Assembly (NCBI RefSeq): GCF_036971445.1
Contig: NC_091470.1
Coordinates: 108,872,001-108,936,000, forward strand
Direction of reading: 5' to 3'
DNA length: 64,000 bases
Source of the DNA: Narcine bancroftii
Taxonomy: Eukaryota
Each line of letters begins with the position of its first letter. The stretch's first letter is position 1. Positions 39,361-49,713 of the stretch are shown here, in pieces. Position numbers and translations under genes: made by a program. A model generated the notes under the pieces. The model saw only the letters and a program-made list of their open reading frames with translations. It did no database searches and had not been told where the DNA came from.

Positions 39361-40979
39361 TACAATTTCCAATGAGAGATCCTTCTCCTTGGCCTTGCCT
39401 TCAGCCACGCCAACCTGCGGATATGAAGAGGTGACCTTGATGCAGTGAAGCAGTTGTGAAGCAGGGTCTTCAAACTGAAATTCTCTTTCTACAGATGCGC
39501 CTGACATGCACAATGGCCAGAATTTGCAGTTTTTTTTTATTGCCATGTAATATTTCCTGCACCTTACTGTTTCTTAGCGTCGCCCAAGCATCACCCCCGA
39601 GATCAGGAGTAAGAACAGAAGAAACATGAACAGCTGCAGGCCACTCGGGCTGTCAAGCCCATCCTACCATTCAGTACGATCTTGGATCATATACCTGGGC
39701 TTCAAGTCAGTTCCCCAGAGCCCTCACTTCCCAGAAATATATCTACCTAAAACCACCCCTCCATGACTCCCTGCACTTCACATTTGACTATCTGGTCCCT
39801 TCTGATCCTGACAACGGGAGAGGAGCGCCTGTTGCACTCCCCCGACGCGTGGTCAGTCCACCTATTCCTCACAGAGGCCAAGTTGCACACAGCCTCAGGA
39901 ATATTCCTCTGGTAAAATGTAGAAACGCTGGAGGAACTCAGCAGGTCCCTGGAGCGCTGGCGGCTATGGATTGGGTCTCGGAACCGGGTGGAGCTGGGTT
40001 GGGGGGGGGGGTGGGGAGCGTGGGGCGCCTTGGGACAAAACCCAGGTGTCGTCCGTCACCAGCGTCAGTGAACATGGGGATGGACCCTGGATCTTCCGCA
40101 AGGTTGGAATGGCTCCTTTGCACGGATCACTCCACGGGCCAACTTTGTCTCCATCAGACGTGAGTGAATTCCATGACTCCACAAACTGTCCGTGATCATG
40201 GAGACATCTGGAACAATCCCAACCCCTGCGTTCGCAAGGACACATGGACAGACCCCCCACCCACACCGTTCAACGGACTGATCCATCCCATCGCTCGGGT
40301 GCGTGTGCGCCAAAGGAGGGAGTGGCGAGGTTGGCACTGCATCGGGAATTGATGGGCGTCGCAGAGGGGACACCCCAAACCAAGGGCTCCCGCGGGATCT
40401 GGATCTCGATCGAGGTCGGGCGGGGATGTTGGGATCCCATAGAACAGTCGTACCAGAAGTAATTCACGCAGCACCGACACAGACCCTTCACCCCACGGAG
40501 TGCCTGCAGACCACAAGACACCGGCACCCTACATCCCCATGGAACTCCCCGCAGATTCTAGCAATCCCCTGGGCACGAAGGACCACGCGAAACAATAAAT
40601 CCTCAGATTTATTGTCAAAATACATACAACCCCGAGATTCTTTTTCCCTGCAGGCGCGGCAGAACTACCACTGTAAAAAAAACCTGTACACCTGTAAATA
40701 AAGAAAGAAATATAAGCAGACTGACTGCAACACAGAGAGGAAAAAAAGTCAGTAAAATGCAAAAGTAAGTCCTTAAATCTCCTGGGATTCTTTAAGGAAT
40801 TTGAGGGATAAAGAGATTCCCCATCCAATCCTGTCGCCGGACCACTTTATCTCCGCGGTGGTAGGGAAATCTTCCATCGGATGTTCGTCAACCTGTCAAT
40901 TTAGTTAACTTGCTTGGCAGCAGGCTGGAGAGAAAGGGGTGCAGAACCGAGGGTTGAACGACCCGCGTGGCAGTGGAAC

Positions 40980-40991
40980 GGAGGGATAAAA
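40980..40991 (+). promoter_or_regulatory. TATA-like box of MSMB-B
   Basis: GGAGGGATAAAA followed by a 5' UTR (CTCCAGGACAGAGG) shared with gene A. Confidence 0.6.
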
Positions 40992-41044
40992 CCCCTGCGG
41001 CGCCGGTGCCTCCAGGACAGAGGGTGGCCCGTTCCGGCGGCAGA

Positions 41045-41068
41045 ATGAGTCTGTTCGGGATGAACCCG
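41045..41068 (+). CDS. MSMB: MSMB-B exon 1 coding part
   Basis: ATGAGTCTGTTCGGGATGAACCCG|gtaggt; homologous to exon 1 of gene A (SLLGM vs SLFGM). Confidence 0.8.
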
Positions 41069-43655
41069 GTAGGTGCGGGATTCAGGGAGGGCACTTGCTG
41101 CTCGCTGCGTCTTCTCTGGTACCGCACGCTTCCTTCTCCGAGCTCAGAGGGGCAGGCACCACCAGGGACCTCAGCGCTTCGCTCACCTCGCTCCGCTTTC
41201 GCCCTTTCTCCTGCAGAAAGTCCTGCTGTGCATCGTTCTGCTGCTTCCCGCGGTGCCGTTGTCAGATTCCGCCTGCTTCTTTGCGGAAAAGGATCCGAAT
41301 TCCGACTGCATTGACAATTTCGACGGATCGGCGCACGGGGTCGGAACACAATGGAGGAATTCCCACTGCATGCAGTGCTCTTGTATGGAGAGCAATTACC
41401 GGTGCTGCGATCTGTAAGCGTTCGCCGTGCGCATTCTCTCGCTTCGCCAGGGAGATTGTGGTGGTGGTTGGGGGGTGGGAGGGGACGGGATACGACGGCT
41501 TGGTGAGGGACTGAGTGGGACAGCGAGATAGGGAAAGAGGACGGTCGGATGCCGGTAGAGAGGAGAGAAGGGAGGTGCATTTGGCGAAACTCCGTCAACC
41601 ACCACAGGCTCCTTGGAACCCGCAGGGAGAGGGGGTCCCTTCTCTGGACACGCTGTGAACCGCAGTCACTCTCTGGCAAGACATTCGGAAAGGAATCAAG
41701 GAAGGTCTAAACTCCCAGTCAGTGTCATGTGGTGGGTTTCGGTTCAACATCACACCACGAAGAAACAGGATTTAAAGTCTCCAGACGCCGTGGTTGAAGT
41801 AAAAACACGATGCTAGAGAAACTCAGCAGGTCAAACAGGGCTAAAACTTTGGTTATGTATCTTTATCTTTACTATATGAAGTACACTGTTTGACCTGGTG
41901 AGTTTCTCCAACATTTTACTCCACTCAGACAACAGTCATCCACATTAACCTTTGGACTCGGCCAATATATATTTCATATCTACTCCAGATTGGGTTCATG
42001 GGTAAATCTAGACCAGCATGCTACCTTTCAATACTAGTTAACATTGGGGTGCTTAGGAGGCCAAAACTGGAAAAAATAGAGAGGGTAATACAGTCAAGTC
42101 AAACTGTGTACTTTATATAGCAAAGATAAAGATACATAACCAATGTTTAGGGACTGAGATCTTCATCAAGGTACGAGCAAAATGTAGGCTGGAACCTGAA
42201 TGAAATGGGGATGGGAAGGGGCAGAGCGAGGAGCACAGTCCCCACAGGCAGGAGGTAATAGGTGGATAAGGGAGGAGGGCACACCAGCAAATGGGGAGGG
42301 GAGATGGGTGGAGAGCTGGAGGAAGGAAGACCAAGGGATGGGGGAGAACAGGGAGTCAGCTATCAAAGGAGAACCACTTCAAGGTAGTTTCAAAGGAGAA
42401 CGTTGTTGTTCGGGTTTGTGTGGGTCCCACAGGTTAAGAACCAGACCAAAGTGGAGGTACAAAGCACATGTTTATTTTTGGGGATGGAATTGAGATAACA
42501 GGGTTGATATGTCAAGCAAACTTCTACACATACACAGTATGCAGGGGGTAAATATACACTTTCGGATGAAGAGGGGGAAACCGACAGAAACTGTGGAAGT
42601 TACAAGAGCATACACATTCAACAATCAGATCAAAGTGATACTATGTGCCCCCACCCTTTGACCAGCATGGACACAGCTCTGCTACCTAGCCTTGAGACTC
42701 ACCCCAACCCAGTGTGGAAGGTGATACTTACATGCCACGAAGAGTCCAAAGAGGCAGAACAAAGGGGCACATGGCCCTTTATAGTTCTGTGGACAAAGCT
42801 GGGGGCCAATCATAAGTGTCAGTGTGGACCCCGTTGGTTGCTGTGGCCAATGGCTTGAAGCCAAGTGCAGGGGCTCAGCAGGGGTGATTCACCTGGGTCA
42901 ATTGGCTGAAGGTCAGGGCTGAGTCTGGGCAGGCTGCCTGGACTGTAGCACCTGGTGATCTAGATGAGTCAATCGTAAGGGTCACCTTGATGGCTTGGGA
43001 TGAGTCTTTGACCTTGATTGGCAAGTAATGTGTCCTCTGAACAGGAGCGCAGCAGCACCACTCAATGGTGGATGCTGCTTCTCCATTACAAACGTCAGTG
43101 ACAGGGATCTCCCAGTAGCCAACCATTTCAATTCTGTGCCCCATTCCCATGCTGGCATGTCTGTCCGTGGCCTCATGCACCATCAAACCAAGGCCACCTG
43201 TAAGCTGGAAGAGCAACACCTAACTTTCCATCTGGGCACTCTCCAACTGGATGGCATTAACATTGAATTCTGCTAGACAACTCTCCAATCTCCATCCCTC
43301 CCCCATCACTCTATCATCTTTCCTCCAGCTCTCCAGTCCCTTCCCTCTCCACTCACAGAGATAACCCTCCTTCACCTGTTTGCTGGTGTGCCCTGCCTCC
43401 CTTATCCACCTATCACCATGTTCTCCCACTTTCCCCTCCTTCCCCCACCATTTTGTTTGGGCACCTATCTACAAAACATGGTTTTGTTTCTGAATTGTTC
43501 ATCATTAGATTTATGATCTGTTCCCTAGGGCAATGAGACCAATTAATTACCCAAGTGAATGCATCGCAGTCTTGGACCATGAAAGATGTGTTTATCGAGT
43601 CCACTTGAGAGAAGATCCTTCGATTGAATGTCCAGTTAACACATTTATTGGGTAA
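41045..43655 (+). CDS. MSMB: Beta-microseminoprotein (PSP94/MSMB family) paralogue B; join(41045..41068, 41217..41413, 43529..43655); 115 aa
   Basis: Spliced product MSLFGMNP-KVLLCIVLLLPAVPLSDSACFFAEKDPNSDCIDNFDGSAHGVGTQWRNSHCMQCSCMESNYRCCD-L-AMRPINYPSECIAVLDHERCVYRVHLREDPSIECPVNTFIG*. Signal peptide, 10 Cys, GT-AG introns in phases 0 and 2. Confidence 0.93.
41217..41413 (+). CDS. MSMB: MSMB-B exon 2 (equivalent to fused exons 2+3)
   Basis: ccctttctcctgcag|AAA ... TGCGATCT|gtaagc; open reading frame from the signal peptide to the CC motif. Confidence 0.93.
42407..43043 (-). mobile_element. LTR-like element in MSMB-B intron 2
   Basis: Termini TGTTC...GAACA; AATAAA on minus strand near 42470; flanked by Penelope-like pieces. 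No matching TSD found. Confidence 0.45.
43085..43470 (+). mobile_element. Penelope-like element 3' fragment (GIY-YIG C-terminus); inverted counterpart ~42090-42350
   Basis: ORF 43028..43276 DLPVANHFNS...KLEEQHLTFHLGTLQLDGINIEF is typical of the Penelope/Poseidon endonuclease end. Confidence 0.75.
43529..43655 (+). CDS. MSMB: MSMB-B last coding exon (absent from ORF track)
   Basis: ctgttccctag|G GCA ATG ... ATT GGG TAA; three Cys align without gaps to gene A exon 4. Confidence 0.93.
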
Positions 43656-43729
43656 TGAGGAGGATTCGACAAGCAGTTCACTTCCTGTGAGGTGAACACA
43701 GACACTATACTCTAGTCTGTAATGTCACA

Positions 43730-43872
43730 NNNNNNNNNNNNNNNNNNNNNNNNNNNNNNNNNNNNNNNNNNNNNNNNNNNNNNNNNNNNNNNNNNNNNNN
43801 NNNNNNNNNNNNNNNNNNNNNNNNNNNNNNNNNNNNNNNNNNNNNNNNNNNNNNNNNNNNNNNNNNNNNNNN
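43730..43872. other. Assembly gap (143 N)
   Basis: Run of N. Confidence 1.
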
Positions 43873-46473
43873 TCCCTTCTCCAAATGTATCTCGATGTGG
43901 GAGAATGGATGAGGCTGCCTGACAGATCTAAGAAAATCACTTAGAAACTTGACATTTCCAAATCTAGCAGTTGATAAACAGGGGCAGAACTTGCCAATTA
44001 GGTCCTCTAATCTGGCCTGACCTTCAGTCGTTTCATGGGTAATCTGCCCCACATTCCATCTCCTCTTCTGAACCCATTCTCCGGGAAGTCCTGAATTCCC
44101 TGACATCTGAGTTAGCACACCTGAAGGAAGGCTCAGGCCCAGATTTGCCTCTTGCCTTTCATGGATACTGCGTGACCTGCCTAGTTTGTGTCGTGCACTG
44201 GACTCCAGCATCTGCAGAATTCTTTACTGGCCATTTTTAGGCCCACAGCGTAACTGCAATTAAAGTATTGTTTGGACCCTGGAAATCTTTCACTTTGTGT
44301 GAGAATTGAATGATTTAGATTTAGATTCAGGTTTCTGATTTATTGTCAGAGTACGTACATGATAGCACATACAACCCTGAGATTCGCTTTTCCTGCGGGC
44401 ACAGCAGAATTATCACCAATTGTTAGTGCAAAAAATAAACTGCACACAGCATGAAACGAAACAAACAATAATATGATAACAAATGATAACGAATGTAAAC
44501 AAACCGACTGTGCAATACAGAGAGAACAAAAAGAAAATCAATGAAGAGGCCTTAATGAGTCCCTGATTGAGTTTGTCATTGAGGAGTCTGATGATGGAGG
44601 GGGAGCAGCTGTTCCTGAACCTGGTGGGGCGAGTCTTGTGGCACCTGTACCTCTTTCCTGATGGCAGCAGCAAGAACAGAGCGTGAGCTGGGTTGTAAGG
44701 GTCTTTATGGATGATTGCTGCTGAGAGAGGGTTGAGAGTTTAGTGTTGGGGAAATTTTTGTTTCAGACCTGAGACATTTCAATGTAATATTCAAATATCT
44801 TCAATTACAGCACAGTACAGGCCCTTAACCCACAATATTGTGCCAACCTATTTAAACATACTCAGCAAGCTAAACCCTCCCTACCTCACACCCATAACTC
44901 TCTATTTTTCTTAACTCCATCAGTCTTTTCAATGCCCCTCTTCTATCGGCCGCCAGCACCCATGGCATTGCATTCCAGGCACCCACTACTCTCTTTGTGA
45001 TGGTGCCCCTAACTATAGATGCCCCAACCAGAGGAAGCATCATTCTTCCATGTCAAGAAATTACTCTATGTCATGCAATAGCACAGAATATGTAATATTA
45101 CACAAAATTGCCTTCTGCCTGCCCTAAGGCAGACAGAGAGTTAGCATTAGTATCGCCAGGAACCCCTTACAGTAAGAGAGAAAGACAACCAAAAAAGAAT
45201 CTCTCCAGGGACACGGAGTGTCTGTGAATTCGCCTCCACTGCTCCCGCAGCGTCTACAGCATTGTTCCCTCTAAGCTGTGTCCGTGTACATGCGCACGCG
45301 CATTTTGCAGGCTGCGTACAAATGGTATTAATGTGTGCACATACTGAACAAAGCAGTTCAAAGTAGAGAATAAAATCTCAACTAAATACATTACTTAAAA
45401 AAATGCCAATACATGAGAGATGGGCTGCGCCAAAACTATCTTGAAACAATTTCAGGTTATATTTGCACAAACATTCAGTGCACACATATTGTTGTCACAA
45501 GAAAAAAAATTGCACAACGTAAGATTTTTGCACATACTGACTACTCAAAATTAAGGGGAACTTTGCACAGTAGCCACATAGTTTGCTGTTCGATTCATTG
45601 GCAACGCAAGCTCCAGATCCAAACCTCCAATGTGATCAGGAAGCCTTGAGCACCCAAGGATCTAGGGGAGTCCGTCTTGCCATGCCATAAGAATGCCAAA
45701 CGATCAAATGAACAGCACACATTAACCATCTGAGACTCTCATATTTGTTTATTTGTACAGATTAAATACTTGTCCTGTATTGTTTGACCGAATGTGTCCA
45801 GTTGTGTGTCTGCATGTTTTGCATCAAGGACCAGAGAATGCTGTTTTGTTGGGTTGTACAATTAGATGACAACAAACTTGACTTGACTTGCCCTATCCCC
45901 TGCTAACCTTCCCATGAGATCTATTCCGCTGCTGTCTGTGGCATCATCTGTGGTCCTCGTGTTGAGATGGTTTGTGCGTGAAATCAGGGATCCAATTTAG
46001 AGGTCAGGCAGGCACAGTAGAAGTGAATAAACCTTGTTCAAATGATCTTGCAAGACACCACCTCATCAATCATCTGTCCGGACAGCACTAGGGTGCATTC
46101 TACCCGGGGGCTATCTTGCTTCTGTGTGTCAAAGCAAAGGTTAAAAGTCAGCCTGAGGAATGAATCAGAATTTATTGTCATGGTCATGTCACGAAATTCA
46201 TTGCTTTGCGGCAGCGTTACGGTACAAACGTTTATATAAATTACCTTTCAAAGTAAATAAAAATAGTGCAAGAAAAAGAAAAAGTCAAAATGAAGCTGTG
46301 TCTGTGGTTCATTGTTCATTCAGGAATCTGATGGCGGAGGGGAAGTCACTGTCCTGGAATATCCCAGAAAATAACTTTTGCTCACACCAAGTTGAATAAT
46401 TACATCTGGATATTTCTCCTAGTCTTAGATAACTTTTAGATGTAAAAGTCTGATCACAGACCTATTGAGTAGC

Positions 46474-47190
46474 CAAGTTTATTGTCATCTGATTGTACAA
46501 GTATAATCCGACAAAACAGCATTCTCTGGTCCTCGGTGCAGACACACAACCAGACGTAACACACACACAGACAAACAATACACACGCAGGACAAGTATTT
46601 CATCTGTACAAATAAATAAATCTTCTTTTGTCAGTCTGAGAGTCTCTGAGGGTCAGTGTGAGCAGTTCCTTTGGTCATTCAGCATTCTCACTGTCCCATG
46701 GGAAGAAACTGTTCCTCAGCCTGGCAGTGGACTCTGATATGCCTGTAATCTCTTCCCCGATGGGAGCAGCTGAAAGATGCTGTGTGTGGGATGAAAGGGA
46801 TCCTCAATGATTTTGCGCATTCTCTTCAGACAACTATCCCAGTAGATCATGCCGATGGTGGGGGGAGGAGGAATCTTCAGAGGTCTTCTCTGTCAATGTG
46901 GTTCTATGCATTGACCTCCGATCCATTTCTCTGGAGCAACCGTACCACACTGTAGTGCAACCAGGATGCTCTCGATAGAACTCCTGTAGAGAGTTGACAT
47001 AATGGTGGCCAGTAGCCTTGCCTGCTTCAGTCTTCTCAGAAAGTGCAGTCGCTGTTGCTCCTTCCTGACAAGTGAGGAGATGTTTATTGTCCATGATAGG
47101 TCACTAGTTAAGTGAGCACCAAGTTCCTCCACTCTCACCACTGCAGAGTTGTTGAAGTGTGGTGGAGAGTGGTCATTCCTGGAGTCCACA
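46474..47190 (-). mobile_element. Rex1/Babar LINE 3' fragment (others at ~44315-44725 minus, 48120-48515 plus, 54780-55645 minus)
   Basis: ORF 46893..47189 LTSDLSWTINISSLVRKEQQRLHFLRRLKQ...YRSSIESIL. Confidence 0.85.
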
Positions 47191-49713
47191 ATACTTGCTT
47201 CTTGTGGGACTGACAGGGTGAGAGAAAATCACCTCCCTCCCACCTTATTATAACATTTCCCGAAACAAGGAACAAAGTTTTGTAGGATGCAACAGTGAGC
47301 AAATATTTGTCTTTTCAATGAGGACAGTCAGTTTGTGTACTTTGAGATTAAATATATTTGACAAGTCAGGTGGATGAATCAATGTTACATGGCAAAGTGC
47401 CTCTAGTAAATTGATAAACTATTTGTTTCAAAACCTTGCCCAGTTATTTTAATGGAGCCAGACCAGCCCATGGATTCATAGAGCCTTTCCACATAGAAAT
47501 AGTCACTGAGTTCACTCAGTGATCTCCAATCACCCATTAATATAAATCCAGCACTGGTCCCATTTTGGTATCCCTGCATCTCCCCATGGAGATCCTACCA
47601 CCCAGATGCACACCAGGAGCATTTTACAATAACCAACTAAACTACTGGAAGGTGCGAGGAAAGCAAAGCATTCCAGGGTAATCTCACCATTAGCATAATG
47701 ATGTTACAGAACCAGCAATCGGGACTGGGGTTCGAATCGCGCACTGCCTGTATGTTCTCCCCATGTCTGCATGAGTTTTCCCTGGGGTTGGAGAGTCAAG
47801 TTTTTTCCCACCCTTCAAAAATATTCCCAGGGTTGAAGGTCAATTGGGTGGCCCAGGCTCGTGGGCCAAAAGGGCCTGTTACCGTGCTGCAAGTCTAAAT
47901 TAAAAAAATTAAAACTCTACAACTCTGGGTGGAAGGATCGAACCAGGGTCCATGAAGCTGTGAAGCACAAGGTGCCCCTTAAAAGAATAGGAGGTGATTA
48001 CATGGAAATGTAATGGATAGAGGATAATACACGTGAAATATGAAAGTCTGCACACACTCCGATTATAGTCAAAGCAGAGAAATGCTGTCTTGCAGTGCCT
48101 GTCATCTCATAGTCATTCTCCCGCCCCCCCCCCCCCCTCCACCAATCGATGTGATCTAGCGGCATCATTGTCTGAAGAGGGTGCACAAAATCATTGAGGA
48201 CTCCTTCTACCCTGCACACAGCATCTTTCAGCTGCTCCCGTCGGGGAAGAGATACAGGAGTATCAGAGCCAGCACCACCAGGCTGAGGGACCGCTTCATC
48301 CCACAGGCAGTGAGAATGCTGAATGACCAAAGGAACTGCTCACGTCTGAGACTCTCATATTTCCGAAACAAGACTGATTTATTTATTTAAATAGATGAAT
48401 TCTTGTCCTGCATATGTATTGTTCATCTGTATATGTGTTATGTCTGGGTGTGTGTCTAAGTGTTTTGCACTGAGGACTGGGGAACACTGTTTCATCAGAT
48501 GACAATAAAGTTTGACCATAGGAGGTAAAGATATATAGTCGACGTTTCCTCAAGGTAGGAAAGTCTCAGGCCCGAAATGTCAGTGATATACCTTTACCTC
48601 CTATGGACACTGCAAGACCGGCTGAGTTCCTCCAGCATTTCTGTGCTTTGATGAGAGGATCATGAGAGATGGTTTCCAGAGGCTGGATAGTCTTGAGTTG
48701 CTATTGTGGTGAGAACTCCCTTTGGAAATCTCTGGCCTGAAGGGAACTCTAAGCAGGTCAGACTGGTCAATTGCATAGAGTATTGGCTCAGAATTTCCCT
48801 CTTAGGTACTCCCTGTATACCACAGCCCCGCACATAATGGAGGCGAAAGGCACAATCAACATCCCCATTTAACCACTGGATCTGGTTTCCTGGATCAATC
48901 TTTTCCCGATCATCCTTTCCAGCATCTTCGTTGGAACACAAAATTAGTTTTGTTTGTCTCCATTCTATCAAGAGAGTCTCTGAGCTGAAACGGGCAGAGA
49001 GACCTCAGAGGGATGCAAAGATGAGAAACCACAGATGCTGGAATCTGCTCTGTGCCATAGTCCAGTCTGACCTGCTTTCAGTTCCCTTCAAGTTCTCATC
49101 TAAATAGAAACACAAGACTCTCCAGCCTCCATTATCCTCTCATCTAAACACAGAAATGCTGGAGGACTATCAACCGGTCTCGCAGTGTCCATAGGAGGTG
49201 AAGATATATTACCGACATATCGGGCCTGAGCCCATCCTATCCTGAGCAAGGAAAAAGGAAATGAGCATCAGCAGATCAAGCAACATCGATGTTTCAGGTC
49301 ATGATACAAGGTCTCGACCCGAAATATAATGATCCTGCTGGATAAAATGAGGTTTGATTTTCGCTTCGGAGTGGATGAGTGCAGTTAAATTTTGCACTAC
49401 CAATTAATGGTAATTTTGCTGCGGCCACAGGAAAAAGGAATCTCAGAGTTGTATGCAATATCATACAGTAAATCTGAAATCTGAAACCATTTTTTTCAAA
49501 AGGTTTGAACAGTACAGGCCCTTTGGCCCTCATATATTTTACCAGAAATATATTCCTTAAAAAAGTAGTAAACTCACCCTACTCTGTATTATTCTTTCAT
49601 CCATGTGCCTGGGTAGGAGTCTCTTAAATTCCCTTAATGTTTCAGCCTACATCACCATCTATGGCAAGGCAATCCTGGCACCCACAACTCTGAGTAAATA
49701 AACATACCCCCTC

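Noticed and set aside
40888-41679. 263-aa minus-strand ORF over MSMB-B
   Set aside because: Antisense shadow in GC-rich DNA; the plus strand has the coherent spliced gene.
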